Below, piece by piece: positions 1-7,207 of a stretch of 31,918 nt of DNA. A program made the position numbers and the translations under genes. Each line of letters begins with the position of its first letter. Within the stretch, counting starts at the first letter, position 1. Below the pieces are notes generated by a model. It saw nothing but the letters and a program-made list of their open reading frames with translations. It ran no database searches and was not told where the DNA came from. This stretch comes from Parcubacteria group bacterium. GTDB taxonomy: Bacteria > Patescibacteriota > Minisyncoccia > UBA6257 > JACRHW01. The DNA is taken from positions 1 through 31,918 of the forward strand of contig JACRHX010000009.1 of the NCBI GenBank assembly GCA_016211955.1, in the 5' to 3' direction.

Positions 1-2
1 AA

Positions 3-563
3 GGTAATACACGAGGAGTAAATGATGGAGACATACGGGTAGGAAAAGACGATCTCATGCAAAGTGCCAAAGAACTTCTTTTGACTGAATTTACTGAAAA
101 ATCAAAAGGATATGTTTTAATGGAGGGGGCTATTATCTATAAAGTTACAAATGTTTCTCCTCATTATAAAACAGGGGAGGCGACATCCTTATTTCAACTT
201 ACGGGTACGGTTGAACTACGCGCCATAGGGTTTAAGGAAGAAGATGTAAAATTACTCGCTAAAAAATTACTCGAAACACAGCCCGACGCAAAAGACTTTA
301 TTGATCTTTCTGTTTCCTATGGTACTCTGCGTGTAAATGACAACGGTACTCTCGCTGCTTTTTCTTATGAAGCAACATCTGCAATGCGCGAAAAAATAAA
401 TACCGAAGAGCTAAAAACACGCATTGTGGGGAAAAAGATGAGTGAAATAAGAGGAGTTCTTGCAAAATACGACTCTATAGCAAACGCGAAGGTATCTTTA
501 TGGCCCTTCTGGGTAACAAGTGTTCCCCGCAATAAAGACAAAATACAGGTCACTATTGACTAA
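3..563 (+). CDS. 3' part of a conserved hypothetical protein (possibly the CPR baseplate-J-like domain family); 5'-truncated by the window edge
   Basis: The frame is open from position 3 (GNTRGVNDGDIRVGKDDLM...) through the listed ATG at 57 to TAA at 563. The C-terminus 'AKVSLWPFWVTSVPRNKDKIQV' resembles this CPR family from memory. Product call is weak. Confidence 0.55.
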   Translation, partial: GNTRGVNDGDIRVGKDDLMQSAKELLLTEFTEKSKGYVLMEGAIIYKVTNVSPHYKTGEATSLFQLTGTVELRAIGFKEEDVKLLAKKLLETQPDAKDFIDLSVSYGTLRVNDNGTLAAFSYEATSAMREKINTEELKTRIVGKKMSEIRGVLAKYDSIANAKVSLWPFWVTSVPRNKDKIQVTID

Positions 564-584
564 TTGAGTGGATTTGATTACTAT
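556..584 (+). promoter_or_regulatory. sigma70-type promoter candidate for the infA/ribosomal protein operon
   Basis: TTGACT (556-561), 17-nt spacer, TACTAT (579-584). Confidence 0.5.
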
Positions 585-652
585 ATCTAGGAAGCTCGGC
601 TAAGGCTTTTTCTTTTTACAAAGCCAATGCCCCGTTTTTTCGTCCATATTTT

Positions 653-859
653 ATGCAAAAAAAGACAGTTGGTGGCATCGTAGAGGAGGCTCTGCCTGCT
701 GGCACATTTCGTGTCCGTTTAAATGCCAATTCAGTCATTCTCGCCCACCTCTCTGGTAAGATGAGAATTTATTATATTAAAGTAATTCCTGGTGATTATG
801 TGACGGTAGAATTAAGCCCTTACGACGAAACAAAGGGAAGAATCATAAAACGCAGATAA
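653..859 (+). CDS. infA: translation initiation factor IF-1
   Basis: EALP..F.V.L...[12 protein letters not shown]...PGD.V.VELSPYD.TKGRI signature. Confidence 0.97.
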   Translation: MQKKTVGGIVEEALPAGTFRVRLNANSVILAHLSGKMRIYYIKVIPGDYVTVELSPYDETKGRIIKRR

Positions 860-866
860 ATACGAA

Positions 867-930
867 GTATTTAGTTCTTAGGACTTAGAACGATTACGTT
901 TTACTAAGCACTAAGCACTAAGCACTAATA
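867..930. repeat. TTAG/CTAA heptamer inverted array (CTAAGCA subfamily)
   Basis: Left arm tatttag-ttcttag-gacttag, core aacgattacgtt, right arm (ctaagca)x3-ctaa. Confidence 0.9.
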
Positions 931-933
931 CAC

Positions 934-1047
934 ATGCATGTACGCGCATCAGTAAAAAAAGTGTGTCAAAAATGTAAGCTCGTGCGAAGAAAGGGTCGCC
1001 TTCGTGTTACCTGCGCCATTCCAAAACATAAACAACGACAAGGATAA
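934..1047 (+). CDS. rpmJ: 50S ribosomal protein L36, Zn-ribbon form; absent from the ORF track
   Basis: Manual translation [37 protein letters not shown] (37 aa) between infA and rpsM. Confidence 0.97.
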   Translation: MHVRASVKKVCQKCKLVRRKGRLRVTCAIPKHKQRQG

Positions 1048-1051
1048 AAAT

Positions 1052-1140
1052 AACTTTAGTGCCTAGTACTTAGGACTTAGAAATTAGTAGGTTATCGTAA
1101 CCTACGACTAAGCACTAAGCACTAAGCACTAAGCACTAAA
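1052..1140. repeat. TTAG/CTAA heptamer inverted array
   Basis: Left arm ttag/ctag heptads, central hairpin gtaggtta-tcg-taacctac (1087-1105), right arm (ctaagca)x4-ctaa. Confidence 0.9.
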
Positions 1141-1143
1141 AAC

Positions 1144-1530
1144 ATGGCACGTATTAGCGGAGTTAATCTTCCAGAACAAAAAAATATAGAAACTGCACTT
1201 ACTTATGTGTATGGTATTGGATCACATCTTTCCAAAAAAATTCTTGATAAGGCGGGTGTTGAACCAAGAAAGAAGGTGAAAGACCTCGATGCCAAAGAAA
1301 TAAAATCCCTCCAGGATGTTATAGAAAGTAAATATAAAACAGAAAACGATTTAAGAAGAGAGGTGAAAACAAACATAAAGCGCCTTAAGGACATTGGGGC
1401 ATACCGAGGAGTACGTCACTCAAAGCATCTTCCTACACGAGGACAAAGAACGAAGACAAATTCAAGAACGGTGCGAGGAAATGTGCGTAAGACCGTCGGA
1501 AGTGGTCGCAGAAAAGTTGATCTCAAGTAA
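1144..1530 (+). CDS. rpsM: 30S ribosomal protein S13
   Basis: MARISGVNLP..K.I..ALTY.YGIG; YRG.RH...LP.RGQRTKTN.RT. Confidence 0.98.
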   Translation: MARISGVNLPEQKNIETALTYVYGIGSHLSKKILDKAGVEPRKKVKDLDAKEIKSLQDVIESKYKTENDLRREVKTNIKRLKDIGAYRGVRHSKHLPTRGQRTKTNSRTVRGNVRKTVGSGRRKVDLK

Positions 1531-1534
1531 TAAA

Positions 1535-1608
1535 GTTTGTTAGGGTTTAGGGGTTAGCATGTTAGGAACGTCCTAAAAAACTAACACCTAAAAAACTAAC
1601 ACCTAATA
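1535..1608. repeat. TTAG/CTAA inverted array (TTAGGAACGTCCTAA core subfamily)
   Basis: 49 bp (1547-1595) are identical to 2745-2793. Confidence 0.9.
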
Positions 1609-1611
1609 CAC

Positions 1612-2064
1612 ATGGGTAAAAAACGTGTTATAGAAGAAACAGGAGACCAAGCACTCAAAGCGAGTAGCGCTCTTGAAGATAAAATTAAAGACGGTGCAAG
1701 CAAGGGTTCAAGTAAACTACTCGAGCGTGGAAAGGCATATATCAATGCCACGTATAATAACACCGTGATCTCAATTACAGATATGCATGGTAATGTGCTC
1801 GCGTGGAATTCCGCAGGAGCGCTTGGATTTAAGGGTCCGAAGAAAGCAACACCATTCGCAGCTGCAAAAGTAGTTGAATCAGTAAGCGAAAAAATAGCGA
1901 AGTCTGGTCCAACAAAAATAGATGTTATCGTGAAAGGTGTTGGTGGAGGAAGAGATTCCGCAATCCGTGCCTTTGCAGGAAGAGGATTTGAAATAGATTC
2001 TATTATCGATATGACTCCTATCCCACACAACGGTCCACGTCCTCCAAAAGTGCGAAGAGTCTAA
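1612..2064 (+). CDS. rpsK: 30S ribosomal protein S11
   Basis: ATYNNT.I.ITD..GN..AW.SAG..GFKG.KK.TPFAA; D.TPIPHNG.RPPK.RRV. Confidence 0.98.
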   Translation: MGKKRVIEETGDQALKASSALEDKIKDGASKGSSKLLERGKAYINATYNNTVISITDMHGNVLAWNSAGALGFKGPKKATPFAAAKVVESVSEKIAKSGPTKIDVIVKGVGGGRDSAIRAFAGRGFEIDSIIDMTPIPHNGPRPPKVRRV

Positions 2065-2098
2065 CCGTTTCTAATAAGCTAAAAACTAAAAAGCTAAT
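2061..2098. repeat. CTAA-arm-only remnant of the array
   Basis: ctaa-ccgttt-ctaataag-ctaaaaa-ctaaaaag-ctaa; the first CTAA contains the rpsK stop codon. Confidence 0.7.
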
Positions 2099-2107
2099 TG
2101 CTCGTAT

Positions 2108-2731
2108 ATGATTGGTCCTAAATGTAAAAAATGTAGAGCAGCAGGAGAAAAACTCTTTATGAAAGGGGAGCGTTGTCTTTCTCCAAAATGTGGAGCAGTG
2201 CGACGCCCTTATCGACCTGGTGTTCATGGTCCAAGCAAAAAACGAAGAAATGTAACCGAATTTGGAAAACAACTTCTTGAAAAACAAAAATTAAAGTGGA
2301 GTTACGGACTACGAGAACAGCAGTTCAAAAAATACTTCAAAGAAGCTCTTGCAGCAAAAGGTGTTACCATTAATCGCCTCGTCCAAACATTAGAGAGGAG
2401 ACTTGATAACGTAGTTTTCCGCCTTGGTTTTGTTCCTTCACGAAGTATGGGGCGGGCATTAGTACGTCATGGGCACTTTCTCGTAAATGGAAGAAAGGTT
2501 ACTATTCCTTCTTTTGCGGTTAAACCGGGAGATATCGTTTCCATCCGTGAAGGCTCAAAGGATAAGGGAGATTTTAAGGATATGGGGATGAAAATGACAC
2601 ACCATGAATCTCCAGCGTGGCTTTCTATGAACAAGGAGTCTCTTGAGGCAAAAATAACAACACTTCCAGAATTACAAGACGTAAGTATTCCATTCAATAT
2701 CAATCTAATCGTCGAATTTTATTCTCGTTAA
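2108..2731 (+). CDS. rpsD: 30S ribosomal protein S4, Cys-containing (Zn-binding) form
   Basis: CKKCR...EKLF.KG.RC...KC; LE.RLDNVVFRLGF; HGHFLVNG.KV.IPSF. Confidence 0.98.
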   Translation: MIGPKCKKCRAAGEKLFMKGERCLSPKCGAVRRPYRPGVHGPSKKRRNVTEFGKQLLEKQKLKWSYGLREQQFKKYFKEALAAKGVTINRLVQTLERRLDNVVFRLGFVPSRSMGRALVRHGHFLVNGRKVTIPSFAVKPGDIVSIREGSKDKGDFKDMGMKMTHHESPAWLSMNKESLEAKITTLPELQDVSIPFNINLIVEFYSR

Positions 2732-2736
2732 ATAAT

Positions 2737-2793
2737 CTAGTTTGTTAGGGGTTAGCATGTTAGGAACGTCCTAAAAAACTAACACCTAAAAAA
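2737..2793. repeat. TTAG/CTAA inverted array (TTAGGAACGTCCTAA core subfamily)
   Basis: Near-copy of 1535-1608; ends 2-3 nt before the rpoA ATG. Confidence 0.9.
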
Positions 2794-2795
2794 TC

Positions 2796-3560
2796 ATGAA
2801 CATTCCTCTTCCTCAAGAACCAATTTTTGAAGATCAAAAAAATAACGTCGGCATTTTTAAGATAGAAGGTCTCTATTCTGGTTATGGTATTACGTTAGGA
2901 AACGCGCTGCGACGAGTTCTTCTTTCTTCTTTAGAAGGTGCAGCAGTTACGTCGTTTAAAATAGAAGGAGTCGATCATGAATTTACAACAATACCAGGTG
3001 TTCTTGAAGACGTTATTCAAATAATGCTTAACCTTAAAAAATTGAGAGTTAAGATTCTTAGCGATGGTCCGGAGACTCTTTTTATACGCGTAAAAGGAGA
3101 AAAAAAAATAACAGGACGCGACATTGAAAAGAATGCAAATGTAGAAATTATCAACAAAGATCTCGTACTCATGACAGTCACCGATAAAAAAGCCTCATTG
3201 GTTATGGAAATTACCGTAGCACATGGTCTTGGTTATCAAACATCAGATAAGATTCAAACAGAAAAACTTTCTATTGGCACCATCGCCGTAGACGCAATCT
3301 TTACACCAGTCAGAAGTGTTCAAGATTCAGTGGAAAAAATGCGTGTAGGAGAACGCACTGACTATGATCGTCTCGTTCTAAAGGTTGAGACAGATGGAAG
3401 CATTTCTCCTCAAGATGCATTTTCTGAAGCAGTAACAATTCTTATCAATCAATTCAAAGCACTTAACGTTGGAACGTCAGAAAATGAAAAAGAGACAGAG
3501 GATGTAACAGAAGAAGAGAGCGAGGAAAAACCTAAAAAAGCAAAAAAGGCAAAAAAGTAA
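2796..3560 (+). CDS. rpoA: RNA polymerase alpha subunit, N-terminal domain only (no alpha-CTD)
   Basis: GYG.TLGNALRRVLLSSL.GAAV...I.GV.HEF..IPGV.EDV; RVGERTDYD.L.L..ETDG.I.P. Only 254 aa, ending in an acidic then Lys-rich tail. Confidence 0.97.
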   Translation: MNIPLPQEPIFEDQKNNVGIFKIEGLYSGYGITLGNALRRVLLSSLEGAAVTSFKIEGVDHEFTTIPGVLEDVIQIMLNLKKLRVKILSDGPETLFIRVKGEKKITGRDIEKNANVEIINKDLVLMTVTDKKASLVMEITVAHGLGYQTSDKIQTEKLSIGTIAVDAIFTPVRSVQDSVEKMRVGERTDYDRLVLKVETDGSISPQDAFSEAVTILINQFKALNVGTSENEKETEDVTEEESEEKPKKAKKAKK

Positions 3561-3564
3561 ACGA

Positions 3565-3639
3565 AGTTTTGGTTTGTTAGGGATTAGTAAGTTAGGAACG
3601 TCCTAATAAGCTAACGTCCTAATAAGCTAACGTCCTAAT
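3565..3639. repeat. TTAG/CTAA inverted array with a 16-bp tandem unit
   Basis: Core ttaggaacgtcctaa; right arm (acgtcctaataagcta)x2 plus acgtcctaa. Confidence 0.9.
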
Positions 3640-3641
3640 GT

Positions 3642-3989
3642 ATGAAACACGTTAACAAGGTACGAAAATTTAGCAGAAAAACCTCCGAACGCAAAGCGTT
3701 TATTAAAAGCTTGAATCACAATCTCGTTATGCACGGTAAGATGGAAACAACCCTCACTCGCGCAAAAGCCATTAAAAGCACGGTAGAAAAACTTGTCACC
3801 GTTGCGAAGAAACAAAACGTTGCCTCTCTACGTCTTTTAATGCGTCGTCTTCCAAAAGTATCTTCAAAAAAACTTTTTCATGAAATCGCCCCAAAATACA
3901 AAGAACGCGCTGGTGGATATACCCGTATTATTAAAGGAAAGAGTCGCATAGCCGATGGAACAACAATGGCTATAATTGAATTTGTCTAA
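3642..3989 (+). CDS. rplQ: 50S ribosomal protein L17
   Basis: MKH....RK.SR....RKA; ETTL.RAK..K...EKL.T.AK; Y.ER.GGYTRI.K...R..DG..MA.IE.V. Confidence 0.98.
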   Translation: MKHVNKVRKFSRKTSERKAFIKSLNHNLVMHGKMETTLTRAKAIKSTVEKLVTVAKKQNVASLRLLMRRLPKVSSKKLFHEIAPKYKERAGGYTRIIKGKSRIADGTTMAIIEFV

Positions 3990-3993
3990 AGAT

Positions 3994-4353
3994 ATGCCTA
4001 CTACTACCAAACCACAAATAATCGAAATGGATGTACAAGAAAAGATGCTTGGCCGTGTTGCCTCAGAAATAGCGTCTCTTTTGCAAGACAAGAATAGCCC
4101 ATTCTACGAACCACGACTTGGAGGAAACAATGTGGTAAGGGTGTTAAATGTACAAAAAATAAAATTGAGTGGTAGAAAAATGGAACAAAAAATCTATTAC
4201 AAACACACCCGGTATCCAGGTCATCTTAAGCAGCTCAGTGCCGAAAAGGTATTTGAAAAAGACCCCACACGTCTCCTAAAAACAGCCGTTTATCGAATGC
4301 TTCCTAAGAATAAGCTACGCGCCAAAAGAATTAAACGACTTATTTTTATTTAA
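3994..4353 (+). CDS. rplM: 50S ribosomal protein L13; probable start is ATG 3994, not the listed 3976
   Basis: LGRVAS.IA..L..K..P.Y.P; YYKHT.YPG.LK; L..AV..MLP.NKL. Confidence 0.96.
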   Translation: MPTTTKPQIIEMDVQEKMLGRVASEIASLLQDKNSPFYEPRLGGNNVVRVLNVQKIKLSGRKMEQKIYYKHTRYPGHLKQLSAEKVFEKDPTRLLKTAVYRMLPKNKLRAKRIKRLIFI

Positions 4354-4357
4354 ACAG

Positions 4358-4441
4358 GTACCTAGTTCTTAGGACCTAGGGCTTAGAACGATTACGTTTT
4401 ACCAAATCCTAACTACTAAGCACTAAGTCCTAAGCACTAAT
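4358..4441. repeat. TTAG/CTAA heptamer inverted array (CTAAGCA subfamily)
   Basis: Shares tagttcttaggac and cttagaacgattacgttttac with the 867-930 copy. Confidence 0.9.
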
Positions 4442-4443
4442 CT

Positions 4444-4899
4444 ATGCCTACTGCTACTAAAGTTAAAAAGACAACTGTAAAAAAAGAGTCTGCCACAAAG
4501 ACGGAAGATACCGAAAAATATTTTTATGGTTTTGGGAGAAGAAAGACAGCTATCGCACAAGTACGCCTTTATCCGAAAAGAAAAGATATTGTGATAAATG
4601 GTAAGGAATTTCATCTCTACTTTCCAGTAAAACGTACACAACTCACCATAGAAGCGCCTTTCAAAAAAATGAAGATTGCTGAATATTTCGGAGGAGATGT
4701 AAAAGTTCTTGGTGGGGGAGTCACGGCACAAGCAGAAGCGATACGTCTCGGTATCAGTAAAGCACTCCTTGCCTTTAACGGAGAGTTCAAACGAAGACTT
4801 AAGCGTGCAGGATATCTCACCCGAGATCCTCGCATGGTGGAACGCAAAAAATACGGTCTCAAGAAAGCAAGAAAAGCGCCACAATGGGGAAAGCGATAA
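4444..4899 (+). CDS. rpsI: 30S ribosomal protein S9 with a short Lys/Thr-rich N-terminal extension
   Basis: GRRKTA.A.VRL; GGG..AQAEAIRLGI.KAL; LTRDPR.VERKKYGLKKARKAPQW.KR. Confidence 0.98.
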   Translation: MPTATKVKKTTVKKESATKTEDTEKYFYGFGRRKTAIAQVRLYPKRKDIVINGKEFHLYFPVKRTQLTIEAPFKKMKIAEYFGGDVKVLGGGVTAQAEAIRLGISKALLAFNGEFKRRLKRAGYLTRDPRMVERKKYGLKKARKAPQWGKR

Positions 4900-4903
4900 A
4901 CGT

Positions 4904-5122
4904 GTATTGAGTATCTAGTATTTTGTATCTGGTATAGCCTTCCCTCCGGAGGACTATTAATTTTGTCATTCTGAGGCATCAGACGAAGAATCTCTCGTTT
5001 TCAGAATTAGCAAAAATAAAGAGATCCTTCGTTGCACTCAGGATGACATGTTATTTTTAATGTTTAAACACATCCACCGTAGACGGATTAATACTAGCTA
5101 CTAGATACAAGATACTAAATAC
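4904..5122. repeat. GTAT/ATAC heptamer inverted array enclosing a REP-like doublet
   Basis: Left arm gtattga-gtatcta-gtatttt-gtatctg-gtat (4904-4934); right arm atactagct-actagat-acaagat-actaaat-ac (5091-5122). Confidence 0.8.
4965..5047. repeat. REP-like doublet (GTCATYCTGAG...GAAGRATCT family)
   Basis: gtcattctgagg...gaagaatctct / agagatccttcg...ctcaggatgac in inverted orientation; relatives at 7112 and 18050. Confidence 0.85.
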
Positions 5123-5168
5123 AAAAACCCCTACACCGGGCAAAACTCCTTAACATAAACAAAGGCTG

Positions 5169-5177
5169 TGTTATTAT
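5169..5177 (+). promoter_or_regulatory. extended -10 candidate, 6 nt before the murA ATG (leaderless geometry)
   Basis: TG-t-TATTAT at 5169-5177; ATG at 5184. Confidence 0.45.
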
Positions 5178-5183
5178 CATAGT

Positions 5184-6479
5184 ATGAAATTCATCGTACA
5201 AGGAGGTAAAAAACTTAAAGGGGAAATTACCCTTGGTGGTGCGAAAAATGCCGCGACCAAGATGCTTGTCGCCTCCCTCCTTACAAGTGAGCCAATGGTA
5301 CTTCGTAATACCCCAAATATAGGGGATGTCGCGATCACCCAAGAGCTCTGTGAGCTCGTAGGAAGCTCTATAACGAGGAATAAAAATATAGTCACTATTC
5401 ACACCCCTGAAATCAAAAACACACGTGTTATCTCCTTGAGTCGTAAAAACAGAATTCCTGTGCTTGCGCTCGGGCCCCTCCTCGCTCGTACCGGAGAGGC
5501 AGAAATCCCACTCCTCGGAGGAGATAAAATAGGCCCAAGACCAATAGACATGCACCTTGAGGCGCTCAAAGAAATGGGGGCAACTATCGAAAAACGAGAA
5601 TCTTCGTACTATGCGCACGCAAAAAATGGCTTAAGGGGGGTAAAGATACAACTGCGCTATCCAAGCGTTGGCGCAACAGAGAACACCATTCTTGCCGCAA
5701 CGCTCGCAAGAGGAAGAACCGTCATAGAAAACGCAGCAACCGAACCAGAGATTATCGATCTCATAAAAATGCTTCAAAATATGGGAGCAATTATTGAGCT
5801 TGGCGCAAATAGGGCGATCTACATAGATGGCGTAAAAACTCTTCGCGGTGTCGAACACACCATTCTACCAGACCGTAACGAAGCGGCTTCTTTTGCATGT
5901 CTCGCTGTCGCCTCTCGCGGAGACGTGTTTGTACGCAACGCGCAACAGGATCACCTCATCACCTTCTTAAACGCCCTGCGAAAGGTGGGGGGCGAGTACA
6001 AGGTAGAAAATACAGGAATTCGCTTTTGGAAAGAAAAAAACCTTCAAAGTATCGAGCTTGAGACAGACACTCACCCCGGCTTTATGACCGATTGGCAACA
6101 GCCTTTTGCTCTTCTCCTCACACAAGCAAAAGGAAGCTCCATCCTTCATGAAACAGTATACGAAGACAGGTTTGGACACGTGGCCGACTTAAACGCAATG
6201 GGAGCCGACATACGTGTCTTTTCAAAATGTCTGGGAGAAATTAATTGTCGATTCAATGGCAAAAATCATGGACACAGCATTTTGGTAAATGGGCCAACAG
6301 CGCTCAGGGGCACAACACTTACCATAAAAGATCTCCGTGCGGGCATGGCGCATCTCATAGCCACCCTTATCGCAGACGGCGAATCAACGATCGAAAACAT
6401 AGAAGAACTCGACAGGGGATATGAAAACATTGATACTCGCCTCCAAAATCTAGGGGCAGATATCACCCGTAGTATCTAA
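5184..6479 (+). CDS. murA: UDP-N-acetylglucosamine 1-carboxyvinyltransferase, Asp at the catalytic Cys position
   Basis: GAKNAA; GGDKIGPRPIDMH; SVGATEN..LAA; ENAA.EPEI.DL; PGF.TD.Q; YEDRFGHV..L..MGA.I; DLRAG.A; .DRGYE. Confidence 0.97.
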   Translation: MKFIVQGGKKLKGEITLGGAKNAATKMLVASLLTSEPMVLRNTPNIGDVAITQELCELVGSSITRNKNIVTIHTPEIKNTRVISLSRKNRIPVLALGPLLARTGEAEIPLLGGDKIGPRPIDMHLEALKEMGATIEKRESSYYAHAKNGLRGVKIQLRYPSVGATENTILAATLARGRTVIENAATEPEIIDLIKMLQNMGAIIELGANRAIYIDGVKTLRGVEHTILPDRNEAASFACLAVASRGDVFVRNAQQDHLITFLNALRKVGGEYKVENTGIRFWKEKNLQSIELETDTHPGFMTDWQQPFALLLTQAKGSSILHETVYEDRFGHVADLNAMGADIRVFSKCLGEINCRFNGKNHGHSILVNGPTALRGTTLTIKDLRAGMAHLIATLIADGESTIENIEELDRGYENIDTRLQNLGADITRSI

Positions 6480-6487
6480 CCTTCCTT

Positions 6488-6513
6488 GTCATTCCCGCGA
6501 AGGCGGGAATCCA
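6488..6513. repeat. REP-like palindrome (GTCATTCCCGCG..GCGGGAATCC family)
   Basis: gtcattcccgcgaaggcgggaatcca just after the murA stop; reverse-oriented relative at 18094-18120. Confidence 0.85.
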
Positions 6514-6594
6514 GCAGTCGTGTCATTCTAAGACATCATTAGAAATTTAACCTGTGTATTCCTTCCCCACATTAATTCTTGTATACTATTAGAT

Positions 6595-7104
6595 ATGGCA
6601 TTTGATTTTGTCTTATTCAACAACACCCCTGTACGCATTATTATTATTCTTGCTGTTTTTTGGTTCTTGAAATCTATGGTACGCCCCATCGCACGCCAAC
6701 TCATTCATATTAGTAAATCAAAACCAAAACTCATTCAAGAAAAACGAATCAAAACGACAGTCGGTTTCATCAACAGTATTGCGAGCATCATTCTCTGGCT
6801 CATAACGCTTATCACCATACTCGCCCAATTTAATGTCGACATTAAGACCCTTCTCGCTGGAGCCGGTGTTTTTGGTGTTGCATTTGGATTAGCGTTTCAA
6901 TCAACCATCAAAAATTTCATCACAAGTTTTGGCTTATTTTGGGGTGGCTACTACGAGGTAGGAGACACCGTCACAATTGCCGCCGTCAAAGGAGTGGTCC
7001 AGGAAATAAATCTCAAAAACACCATTCTCGAAGACGAAGGAGGCATCATCCACTACGTCCCTAACAGCGAAATAAAAGTCATCACTAACCACTCAAAGAA
7101 ATAA
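6595..7104 (+). CDS. mscS: small-conductance mechanosensitive channel family protein (short form)
   Basis: TM helices, then LAGAGV.GVA.GLA.Q..I.NF..., Y.VGD.V.I....G.V.EI.L..T.L......IPN..I. Confidence 0.88.
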   Translation: MAFDFVLFNNTPVRIIIILAVFWFLKSMVRPIARQLIHISKSKPKLIQEKRIKTTVGFINSIASIILWLITLITILAQFNVDIKTLLAGAGVFGVAFGLAFQSTIKNFITSFGLFWGGYYEVGDTVTIAAVKGVVQEINLKNTILEDEGGIIHYVPNSEIKVITNHSKK

Positions 7105-7111
7105 CTCACCT

Positions 7112-7196
7112 GTCATCCTGAGGCATCAGCCGAAGGATCTCGCAATTTCAGTACTAATCTGAAAACGAGAGATTCTTCATTGTTATTCAGAATGAC
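7112..7196. repeat. REP-like doublet
   Basis: gtcatcctgaggcatcagccgaaggatctc ... gagattcttc...ttcagaatgac; its spacer is related in reverse to that of the 4965 copy. Confidence 0.85.
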
Positions 7197-7207
7197 GAAA
7201 AAAATTC

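Noticed and set aside
3-563. Prophage signalled by a baseplate-J-like gene
   Set aside because: The family call is weak, no other phage genes are present, and the gene lies directly before the core infA operon.
867-4441. Spacer repeats as a CRISPR array
   Set aside because: Units are 7-8 nt (16 nt in one), tandem and inverted, with no unique spacers and no cas genes.
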